DNA of 64,000 bases from contig CAZZBU010000004.1 in the NCBI GenBank assembly GCA_964652315.1, forward strand, positions 1,233 through 65,232. The letters are read 5' to 3'. Below the pieces are notes generated by a model, which was not told the origin of the DNA, did no database searches, and saw nothing but the letters and a program-made list of their open reading frames with translations. Source of the DNA: an uncultured Bacteroidales bacterium. Its GTDB lineage: Bacteria > Bacteroidota > Bacteroidia > Bacteroidales > JAAAOM01. Position 1 is the stretch's first letter. Each line of letters begins with the position of its first letter. The position numbers and the translations under genes were made by a program. Positions 56,180 through 64,000 of the stretch are shown here, piece by piece.

Positions 56180-56337
56180 TAATGTGCTCTGTAAAAAAAA
56201 AGAGCGTTTTTATACATAAAATAAAATCACCATCCGATAAAACGGAGTGTGATGAAATGTAACCATTATAAATACAGGGAAGCAAGTTATGGATGGTTGT
56301 CCATTCTAGACCAGTCAGGGATGGATGTTGATGATAT

Positions 56338-57105
56338 TTATCGTTCCAGCAAATTACCCAGCATACCGCTGGATTCTTTCCGGGCATTTTTGCTGTAGGG
56401 CGATATTGCCTGTATCAGTTTTCGGATGGGCATGGATTGTAACCAAACCTTACCGGTTCCCCGGAGTGTTGCCAAAAACAGCCCCTCGCCTCCAAATATC
56501 ATTGATTTGAGGCTTCCTGCTGATTCAACACTGAAATCAATGGATGGTTCAAAAGCCACAACACATCCTGTGTCGATGCGAAGGGTTTCATTATTCAGGT
56601 GTTTTTCAATAACCGTACCGCCGGCATGGACAAACACCATTCCGTCGCCTTGTATTTTTTGAAGAATAAATCCTTCCCCTCCGACAAGACCCGAACCAAT
56701 TCTCCGGTTAAAATGAAGGGATAGTTTTGTACCATAAGCAGCACAAAGAAATCCGTCTTTTTGGACAATCAGGCTATGGCCCACTTCCTTAAGGTCGATC
56801 GGAATGATTGTGCCGGGGTAAGGCGCAGCAAAGGCAACATGTGATTTGCCATGCCCATGGTGGGTAAAATGTGTTATGAAGATAGATTCACCGGTTAGCA
56901 TTCTGGAGCCGGCAGAGAGCAATTTACCAAGCAACCCTTGATTGGCCTGGCTTCCATCTCCCATTTTGGCCTCAAATTGAATGCCTTCTTCCATATATAC
57001 CATGGCGCCCGCTTCAGCAATGACGGTTTCATGAGCATCAAGTTCAACTTCAACAAGTTGAATGTCATCGCCATAAATTTTATAATCTATTTTATGTGAC
57101 TGCAT
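56338..57105 (-). CDS. AIM24/TIGR00266-family protein (DUF124)
   Basis: ..[35 protein letters not shown]... ..[22 protein letters not shown].. ..[20 protein letters not shown].. follows the typical repeated beta pattern of this family. Confidence 0.75.
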   Translation of the reverse strand: MQSHKIDYKIYGDDIQLVEVELDAHETVIAEAGAMVYMEEGIQFEAKMGDGSQANQGLLGKLLSAGSRMLTGESIFITHFTHHGHGKSHVAFAAPYPGTIIPIDLKEVGHSLIVQKDGFLCAAYGTKLSLHFNRRIGSGLVGGEGFILQKIQGDGMVFVHAGGTVIEKHLNNETLRIDTGCVVAFEPSIDFSVESAGSLKSMIFGGEGLFLATLRGTGKVWLQSMPIRKLIQAISPYSKNARKESSGMLGNLLER

Positions 57106-57122
57106 AATGGAGCAAATATAAA

Positions 57123-59945
57123 CTAATTTGAGAAGAAACGCATCAAAAGGTTTTTAATTGCACGCAATTCTACGGGCTTAACCAGATAATCGTTCATTCC
57201 GGCCTGCAACGCTTCTTTTTTAATTTTATTGCTGGCAGTGGCAGTCATGGCTATAATGGGTATTTCAAATCCGTCCTGACGCAGTTCTTTTACAACCTGC
57301 CAGCCATCTTTTTCAGGCATCATTAAGTCAGTAAAAATGATATCATAGCTGTCACGTTTTACTTTTTCGATTACCTCTTTACCATCACTGGCAATAACAA
57401 TTTCATAGCCAAGATTTTTAAAAATGGTTTCTGCTACTTTTTGATTGATAAGGTTGTCTTCTGCAACCAGTATTTTCAGGTCTTTTCTGATATCGCTTCC
57501 ATGACTGACCGGGAGGTTAAATTTCTCGAAGCGGGTATTCATCCAGTGAAGCACATCATTTATCTCAAAGGGTTCATCAAAATACATATCAACCATCAGA
57601 CGTTTGCTCAATATGTAATTGCCATGTTTGTCATTGCGGCTGAACATAACAATCAGGTATTCATCGGACAATTTATTATCATACAGTGCCTGAGCAGTTT
57701 TAAACCCATCATTTTCAACAGTATCCATAATAATTATCACCTGATAATCACGGGAATCCTCGTCGGCGGCTTTAAGCTTTTCAATGATCTGACCGGAGGC
57801 AAAAGAATCGTGGGTAATATGGAAACCCAGGTTGGCCAGCGGTTGGAACAAACTGTTACCTACCTTGCGTTCATCAAGAATCAGGATGTTCACATCCTCA
57901 GGAGCCTGGATATTGCTCACATCAATATCTTTTTCAACAATCTGATCGCGGTACACTTCAATGGTAAAGGAAAATTTTGATCCCGGTGCCTGCTTGCTGG
58001 TGGAAATGGTAGACGGGCTTTCAACCCATATCTCACCATCCATCAGGGAAACCAGTTGCTTGGCAATGGTTGTACCCAGTCCGGAACCACCGTATTTTCT
58101 GGCTACCGATCCATCAGCCTGAATAAAGGAACCAAATATTTTAGCAAGATTTTGTTGTGGAATACCAACACCGGTATCTTCCACTGAAAATAACAGGCTG
58201 ATGTTGCCATTGTATTCTTCTTCCACATCAACAGTAAGCTTTATTTCACCTTTGTGGGTGAATTTGATGGCATTGTTAATGAGGTTGGACAGTACCTGCC
58301 GCAAACGATAGGGATCACCGATTATTTTTTCGGGCACATGGCGTTTTATCTCGTAGTAAAGCTTCAGGTTTTTTTCTTCTGCTGAAGCTCGGAAAAGGTC
58401 AACAATGAATTTCATTTCCTCGCGGAGGTTAAAAGGAATTTCTTCGAGGAACATCTTTCCGGCCTCTATTTTTGAAAAATCAAGTATATCATTTATCAGT
58501 GTAAGTAATAAGTTGGTGGATTTTTTTATCAGATGCACATATTCTTTTTGTGTACCCGATAAATCCTCACGCATTAAGGCATCGGTCATGCCAACAATGC
58601 CGTTCATTGGGGTTCGTATTTCATGACTCATCTGGGCCAGAAACTCCGATTTGGCATTGTTTGCCTCTATTTCGTTTTTACGGGATTTTTCTATGGATGT
58701 AACATCAATAAAAATGTTTAAAATCTTTTCCTCATTCTCAATATTGATGGGTATCTCACGTCGGACAATCACAAAATCCTGGCCGTCTTTTTTGTAATAC
58801 AAAAACCGGTTCTCATCAAAGGCTACCTGAGCGTTTCCGGATTTCTCGTGACGTGCAAGAAGCTCAATGCTCCGGGTAGTATCGCCAACTAGTTTTTTGT
58901 CTTCAGGAACCAGTAAAAGCTTTTTGGCTGCCGGATTAATGTTTGAAATGGTTTTCTCCTTTGACACAAGCATTAATCCAATGGGCAGGGCATTAATGAG
59001 ATGATTTAGTGAAAACTCCGATTTCCTGGCTACTTTGGCCGACTCAGACTTGCGCTTTACTTCTTTTAAGATGATGAAAATGGTGATTACCAGAAGGATG
59101 ATACTCAAAAAGGTTATTATGATGGTCTTTTTAATCACGGAGTTCATAATGACATTGGTCCGTAATGTAAAGACAATGCCATAATCCTGAGTGAGTAACT
59201 GAACCGGATAATAAATGGATATTACATTAATTTTTTTGTTGTTGATTTTGGCCTTATGTGTAAGATAACCACTTCTGGACTCACCTATGTTCTGCTTAAT
59301 GGTTTCTGTTTCTGTGTAGGTTACCGGATTTTCCGTTTCAAGGTTAGAACCTATAAATTTACCGGTATCGCTCACAAGTGACTGCCATAAATGGTTGTTG
59401 AGTTTGTAGTTGTTGAATTCGGCAAAAATGTAATCCTCAAATCCCAGGTTGATAACGAGATTGGCCATTAGCGTGTCGTTGCGAAATACAGGAAGATGAT
59501 AGGCAAACTTGTCATTAATCTCTTCAATTGATTCACGTTCGCGTAATGGATATTGCCTTTGAGCAATGTATGAATCAATGATAAATTTATCATGTTTATC
59601 CTTGAAGATGCTTACAACATTGTGCTTGTCATCATAGAGATAGATATTTCGGATTAAGTTATCGAACTTATAATAAAACATTTGTAGTTTCCTGGCACCC
59701 TCGCTAAACTCGCGTTCGGTGTTGTAAAGCAGATCGGTTACATCATCTGAGAAAAGAATGTAATTGACCTCGTTCTGAAAACTATATGCGGTTTTCTCAA
59801 TATTAGAACCACACAACTCGGCCTGACTAAACAGCAGAATACGCTGAAAACCAATTTGTTTTTTATACGTATCGTAATAATAGAAGATGTTAACCGCCAG
59901 AATTATAATAACGATTGACGAAATAAGATAATAAGTCTTCCTCAT
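57123..59945 (-). CDS. Hybrid sensor histidine kinase/response regulator: TM, extracytoplasmic domain, TM, PAS, HisKA, HATPase_c, degenerate receiver, canonical receiver
   Basis: H-box [16 protein letters not shown]-box [13 protein letters not shown]-boxes VEDTGVGI and GGSGLGTTI. The first REC-like module (..[22 protein letters not shown]..) has YFDEPF where the conserved K-P is expected. The second REC is canonical (ILVAEDN.., [23 protein letters not shown]). Confidence 0.88.
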   Translation of the reverse strand: MRKTYYLISSIVIIILAVNIFYYYDTYKKQIGFQRILLFSQAELCGSNIEKTAYSFQNEVNYILFSDDVTDLLYNTEREFSEGARKLQMFYYKFDNLIRNIYLYDDKHNVVSIFKDKHDKFIIDSYIAQRQYPLRERESIEEINDKFAYHLPVFRNDTLMANLVINLGFEDYIFAEFNNYKLNNHLWQSLVSDTGKFIGSNLETENPVTYTETETIKQNIGESRSGYLTHKAKINNKKINVISIYYPVQLLTQDYGIVFTLRTNVIMNSVIKKTIIITFLSIILLVITIFIILKEVKRKSESAKVARKSEFSLNHLINALPIGLMLVSKEKTISNINPAAKKLLLVPEDKKLVGDTTRSIELLARHEKSGNAQVAFDENRFLYYKKDGQDFVIVRREIPINIENEEKILNIFIDVTSIEKSRKNEIEANNAKSEFLAQMSHEIRTPMNGIVGMTDALMREDLSGTQKEYVHLIKKSTNLLLTLINDILDFSKIEAGKMFLEEIPFNLREEMKFIVDLFRASAEEKNLKLYYEIKRHVPEKIIGDPYRLRQVLSNLINNAIKFTHKGEIKLTVDVEEEYNGNISLLFSVEDTGVGIPQQNLAKIFGSFIQADGSVARKYGGSGLGTTIAKQLVSLMDGEIWVESPSTISTSKQAPGSKFSFTIEVYRDQIVEKDIDVSNIQAPEDVNILILDERKVGNSLFQPLANLGFHITHDSFASGQIIEKLKAADEDSRDYQVIIIMDTVENDGFKTAQALYDNKLSDEYLIVMFSRNDKHGNYILSKRLMVDMYFDEPFEINDVLHWMNTRFEKFNLPVSHGSDIRKDLKILVAEDNLINQKVAETIFKNLGYEIVIASDGKEVIEKVKRDSYDIIFTDLMMPEKDGWQVVKELRQDGFEIPIIAMTATASNKIKKEALQAGMNDYLVKPVELRAIKNLLMRFFSN

Positions 59946-60016
59946 TCAGTATTTTAATTAACAAAGGATTTAGTTATTTCTTTCTACGAAATTATTGTTA
60001 AAAAGTTGATCAAAAT

Positions 60017-61003
60017 TCAGGTAATCCTGTATTTATTCTCGTTTTCCGTTAATATGTTGATATAACTTCTATACCTCGATAGATGAATGTTGCCTTCATT
60101 TAATGCTTCCTTTACCGCGCACCCCGGCTCATTCACATGCAGGCAGTTATGAAAACGGCATTCGGCGGATGTTTTGAAAATTTCAGGAAAAAAGTGATAG
60201 ATTTCTTCCTTTTCCATATCAATAACTCCAAAACCTTTAATTCCCGGTGTATCAATAACATTTGTATGTTCATCTATAAAAAACATTTCAGCATAAGTAG
60301 TCGTATGTTTTCCGGTTTCATGATAACTTGAAATTTCGGCTGTTTTAATGTTTAATTCCGGATTAAGGGCATTGATCAGGGTTGATTTGCCCACGCCCGA
60401 ATTGCCGGCAATAAGGGTGCTTTTTTCTTTCAGCAGAACAGCCAATGTGCTGAAGTTTTCTTTTGTAATCATGGACAGGGGTAAAACCTGATAACCAATT
60501 TCCTGATACATTCCGATGGTTTCATTTAATTTGCTTTTGTCTTTTGCGGGAATTAAATCAATTTTATTGATAACGATAACGGGCGATACTTCATAAGCTT
60601 CACAAGTGGCAAGAAAACGGTCAACAAATTCAAGTGGTGTGGCCGGGTGCGACATGCTCATCATCACGATAGCCTGGTCAAGATTGGCAGCAATGATATG
60701 GTATTGTTTTGATAATTTGGTTGACCGCCGGATAATATAGTTTTTCCGGGGGTGGATGTTTACGATAATTCCCTGGTTTTTCAAATCGCCCCATTCAAAA
60801 TCCACTACATCGCCTACTGTGACAGGGTTGGTGGATTTGGCCCCTTTCAACCGGAGCTTGCCACGCAAGGTACAAACGACTTTTGTTCCGTCATCTGACT
60901 TTTTAACAGTATATCGGCTCCCTGTTGATTTTGTTACTAATCCGGTTTCCACCCTATCCAACATATAATTCGTTGTAAAGGTATAACTTTCATGCAGGAA
61001 CAT
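60017..61003 (-). CDS. rsgA: Ribosome small-subunit-dependent GTPase A
   Basis: Circularly permuted GTPase motifs: VINKIDL (G4), GNSGVGKSTLINAL (G1), DTPGIKGF (G3). Zinc knuckle CRFHNCLHVNEPGCAV. An alternative ATG at 60964 (MLDRVETGLV) is also plausible. Confidence 0.92.
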   Translation of the reverse strand: MFLHESYTFTTNYMLDRVETGLVTKSTGSRYTVKKSDDGTKVVCTLRGKLRLKGAKSTNPVTVGDVVDFEWGDLKNQGIIVNIHPRKNYIIRRSTKLSKQYHIIAANLDQAIVMMSMSHPATPLEFVDRFLATCEAYEVSPVIVINKIDLIPAKDKSKLNETIGMYQEIGYQVLPLSMITKENFSTLAVLLKEKSTLIAGNSGVGKSTLINALNPELNIKTAEISSYHETGKHTTTYAEMFFIDEHTNVIDTPGIKGFGVIDMEKEEIYHFFPEIFKTSAECRFHNCLHVNEPGCAVKEALNEGNIHLSRYRSYINILTENENKYRIT

Positions 61004-61038
61004 TCCATTTTTAATTCATTTTATATGTTATGAATCTC

Positions 61039-61046
61039 TACATTTG
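61039..61046 (+). promoter_or_regulatory. Candidate -7 promoter element TACATTTG for xth
   Basis: Exact TAnnTTTG match 25 nt upstream of the ATG at 61071. It overlaps the listed TTG start at 61044, arguing that 61071 is the real start. Confidence 0.4.
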
Positions 61047-61070
61047 CATACCAAAAGAAAGATTAAACCT

Positions 61071-61838
61071 ATGATTTCAATTGTTTCATACAACGTGAAT
61101 GGTATCCGGGCTGCTGAGAAAAAGGGCCTTTCAGACTGGATTATAAAAGAACAGCCGGATGTTTTATGGCTGCAGGAAACCAAAGCACAGGCCGGTCAGA
61201 TTAATCTTGAAAAACTTGAAGCAGCAGGGTATACCACGTTTTGGCATTCAGCTGTAAAAAAAGGATACAGTGGTGTTGCCCTGATTACCAAGCTTAAGCC
61301 GGAGAGGATGGTTATTGGCATGCAAAACCATAAATACGATGCCGAAGGTCGCGTGTTGCGTGCTGATTTTGGAGATATAACCATGCTGGGTTGCTATTTT
61401 CCTTCTGGAACGACAGGCGATATCCGGCAAACTTTCAAAATGGAATTTTTAGCGGATTTTCAGGCATATGTAGATGAACTTAAAAAGGATCGTCCAAATC
61501 TCATTATAAGTGGTGATTTGAACATTGCTCATACTGAGATTGACATCAACCATCCCAAAAGGCACCATAAGACCTCTGGTTTTTTGCCTGAAGAAAGGCA
61601 ATGGCTTACTGAATTTCTGAAGAGCGGATTTATTGACAGCTTTAGATTTATAGATGATCGTGCTGAACAATACAGTTGGTGGACATACCGTGCCAATGCA
61701 AGGGCTAAAAATCTGGGTTGGCGGATTGATTATAACCTGGTGTCAGAGTCCATGCAGGAAAGGATTTGCGGGGCATCAATTTTACAGGATATCATTCACA
61801 GTGATCACTGTCCGGTAAAGGTTGAAATCAGACAGTAA
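61071..61838 (+). CDS. xth: Exodeoxyribonuclease III (AP endonuclease family 1)
   Basis: MISIVSYNVNGIRAA.., ..DVLWLQETK.., ..SGDLNIAH.., ..YSWWTYR.., ..WRIDY.., ..SDHCPV... Confidence 0.92.
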   Translation: MISIVSYNVNGIRAAEKKGLSDWIIKEQPDVLWLQETKAQAGQINLEKLEAAGYTTFWHSAVKKGYSGVALITKLKPERMVIGMQNHKYDAEGRVLRADFGDITMLGCYFPSGTTGDIRQTFKMEFLADFQAYVDELKKDRPNLIISGDLNIAHTEIDINHPKRHHKTSGFLPEERQWLTEFLKSGFIDSFRFIDDRAEQYSWWTYRANARAKNLGWRIDYNLVSESMQERICGASILQDIIHSDHCPVKVEIRQ

Positions 61839-61932
61839 AAAAACTTTCTTTCCCGGTAATAAAGCCAGTGTGAAGTCCGTTGTATAGTATTTATAAGCCA
61901 CTTGCTGAAAGAACGAATTATGCACAGATGAT

Positions 61933-64000
61933 ATGAAACGATGGGTGAAAAAAATAGCAGCAACAATAAGCATTTTCATAGCTTTGCTTTTGCTTTCGGG
62001 CATTATCATCACATCTGTTTTCAAAGACGAGATCATCCGGTATCTTGTTAAGGATTTAAATAAATACGTGACTACCGAAATCAACATCGGGAAAATTGAT
62101 TTTACTGTATTCCGCAAATTCCCGAATGCTTCGGTGCACATGAAGCAGGTTACAGCTCAATCCACATCCAATGTGTATAATCCGGACAAAACCATAGTTC
62201 CTGACACGCTTTTTTCCCTGCAGGATGTTTATTTCTCATTGAACCTCCTTGATGTATTACGAAAGAATTATATAGTAAAAAAGATTGAGATAAGCGGTGG
62301 AGCCATACATTCACTGGTGGACAGCAGGGGAGAGAAAAACTTTATTTTTTGGAAAAAACCCGCTGCATCAGAACCAAAAGCATTTAATATTGACTTAAAA
62401 TTACTTAAAATAAAGGATGTTAAAGTCTTATATGTAAATTATTTAAAAGAATTCTACTTTTCGTCCCACATCAATGATCTCTTTTTGAGGGGACAGTTCT
62501 CTGATGCCCGACACGAGGCAGATGTTGAGGCTGATTATCAACTGGAAACCTTCTCTATTAAAGGGCATGATTACGCAACCAGTGATGCCCTTCATACATT
62601 GGATGCAGGAATGCAAATTGACGGTGACAGCATTCAGATACGCAGGGGTAAGATAGTGATAGACGAACTCCCATTTAACATTACCGGCCTTGTAGTTACC
62701 AGTCAGCCTTACATTGCCTTAAATATTAAAGCTGAGAAGCTTAATCTTGTTAAATCACTGGAAGTTCTTCCCATTCCGGAAAAAGAAAATCTGAATGCAT
62801 TGCGAAGCAGTGGAAATGTTTCATTGAATGCTGCAATTAACGGCAGGATATCACACAAAAGGCTGCCTGCAATCAACATCAGTTACGGCATCGAAAACGG
62901 AATGTTAAAAAAACGGGGTTCCGGGGTTCAATTAAAGAATATAACCTTTACCGGAAAATACACCAATGGGCACAATCAAAACCTGAAAACCTCGGCACTG
63001 AGTTTTGAAAGAATTAATGCTACTGTTGGAGGTAATACTTTAAATGGTAATTTATATATAAGTAATTTTCAGAATCCTAATTGGAACATAAATCTAAAAG
63101 GAAAGGCCGATTTAAATGATGTTTTTGAACTGATAAATGTGACTGAAATAGAGTCCATGTCGGGTGAAATCAGCAGTGAATTAAATCTGACCGGAAAGAC
63201 AGCATATTTTAATAAAATTTCAAGAAAAGAACTCGCCCAATTTAATTATTCCGGTTTTATTGCATTAAAGGATGCAGCTGTGGAGCTGGACAATAACCTT
63301 GGAACCTATCAGGGTATTTCCGGGATGATTCGTATGGAATCGGATATCCGGCTTGAAAATTTCAGTTTTGTCAGAGAAGAAAGCGATTTTCTGTTTAACG
63401 GAATCATTCATAACCTGCCAGGGTTTCTTTTTCTGGAAGATGAAAACCTGACTATTGAAGCAGATGTTGTGTCACAATTGTTAAACCTTACGCCAATTAT
63501 TCAATCGGCAGGCAACAAACCATCAAAAGCTACGGAAGAAGAGCAACTGAGCCGTGAAATATCGTTTCCGGAACGAATCCGGATGCGGGGCACTTTTGAG
63601 GTAAAATCATTTGCCATGAACCGGTTTCAGGCCCAAAATGCCAGAGGACGGATGAATTACGATCAAAAACGGCTAACCCTGAATGCTGTGTACTTTGAAA
63701 CTGTTGGTGGGAGTATAAACGGTGGCGGTGTGATTGCTCAAAAATTTAATAAGGATTTTGCTGTACGCAGTCAAACCGAATTGCGTAACATCGATATCCA
63801 AAAGCTTTTCTTTTCCTTTAATAATTTTGGGCAGGATGTTCTTAAAAGTGATCATATAAAGGGAGAATTTAACGGGAACATTACTTTTGCGGCTGATTGG
63901 ACTAAAGATTTAAATGTAATTGAAAAATCCATTGAATGTCAATCAGATTTCAGGTTATCAAAAGGTGAATTAATTGACTTTACTCCCCTGCTTGGACTTT
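61933..64000 (+). CDS. AsmA-family outer-membrane biogenesis protein (3' end outside the window)
   Basis: ATG at 61933 gives MKRWVKKIAATISIFIALLLLSGIIITSVFKDEIIRYLVKDLNKYVTTEINIGKIDFTVFRKFPNASVHMKQV.., an N-terminal anchor followed by a repetitive beta-rich sequence. Frame 1 read open wherever I spot-checked it (e.g. 62221-62310). No other ORF is listed between 62142 and 63672, consistent with one frame running open to the window end. It is missing from the ORF track, presumably because it has no stop in the window. Confidence 0.7.
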   Translation, partial: MKRWVKKIAATISIFIALLLLSGIIITSVFKDEIIRYLVKDLNKYVTTEINIGKIDFTVFRKFPNASVHMKQVTAQSTSNVYNPDKTIVPDTLFSLQDVYFSLNLLDVLRKNYIVKKIEISGGAIHSLVDSRGEKNFIFWKKPAASEPKAFNIDLKLLKIKDVKVLYVNYLKEFYFSSHINDLFLRGQFSDARHEADVEADYQLETFSIKGHDYATSDALHTLDAGMQIDGDSIQIRRGKIVIDELPFNITGLVVTSQPYIALNIKAEKLNLVKSLEVLPIPEKENLNALRSSGNVSLNAAINGRISHKRLPAINISYGIENGMLKKRGSGVQLKNITFTGKYTNGHNQNLKTSALSFERINATVGGNTLNGNLYISNFQNPNWNINLKGKADLNDVFELINVTEIESMSGEISSELNLTGKTAYFNKISRKELAQFNYSGFIALKDAAVELDNNLGTYQGISGMIRMESDIRLENFSFVREESDFLFNGIIHNLPGFLFLEDENLTIEADVVSQLLNLTPIIQSAGNKPSKATEEEQLSREISFPERIRMRGTFEVKSFAMNRFQAQNARGRMNYDQKRLTLNAVYFETVGGSINGGGVIAQKFNKDFAVRSQTELRNIDIQKLFFSFNNFGQDVLKSDHIKGEFNGNITFAADWTKDLNVIEKSIECQSDFRLSKGELIDFTPLLGL

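Noticed and set aside
56180-56337. Short inverted repeat GCTCT-(A-rich loop)-AGAGC followed by TTTTT between the AIM24-like gene and the ligase fusion gene
   Set aside because: The T-run follows the hairpin only in the plus orientation, but both flanking genes are on the minus strand. The stem is only 5 bp, so it is not a credible terminator.
57441-57980. 179-aa plus-strand ORF
   Set aside because: Antisense to the receiver region of the hybrid kinase, with no independent support.
61782-62141. 119-aa minus-strand ORF
   Set aside because: Overlaps the xth 3' end and the N-terminus of the AsmA-like gene, whose plus-strand frame read open wherever I checked it out to the window end.

Overview
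Bacteroidota-type chromosomal segment, judged from a SusC/SusD pair, T9SS C-terminal sorting domains, TAnnTTTG -7 boxes, a DUF2723 protein and a stand-alone atpDC pair. Layout: (1) 1-16.4 kb is a pectin/rhamnogalacturonan polysaccharide utilisation locus: SusC, SusD, a large beta-helix surface protein with an internal tandem duplication, GH28, two GH105, a PL1 pectate lyase, a decayed acetylesterase remnant and GH43. (2) 16.4-31.3 kb is mostly housekeeping: carA, TlpA-like thioredoxin, Na/Pi cotransporter, polyprenyl synthase, DUF2723 membrane protein, HEXXH/beta-propeller protein, pncA, macro domain, NodU-type carbamoyltransferase. (3) 31.4-40.8 kb is the most unusual part. One tight operon combines CheR, a degenerate CheR paralogue and a receiver-less CheB with three GAF-domain proteins and a SiaA/SiaB/SiaC-like partner switch (PP2C phosphatase, GHKL kinase, DUF1987 protein). 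No CheA, CheW, CheY, MCP signalling domain or diguanylate cyclase is present. (4) 40.9-45.5 kb holds a TerB-like/ABCG-type transporter fusion plus two exported proteins of unknown function. (5) 45.6-64 kb is housekeeping and signalling: GT9 heptosyltransferase, atpDC, REC plus Cache/PAS histidine kinase, MDR oxidoreductase, acyl-AMP ligase-carrier-PlsC fusion, AIM24-like protein, hybrid kinase, rsgA, xth, and an AsmA-like protein running off the window. No rRNA, tRNA, CRISPR array, transposase or integrase was recognised. All family assignments come from motif recognition by eye on the translations; no database search was run.
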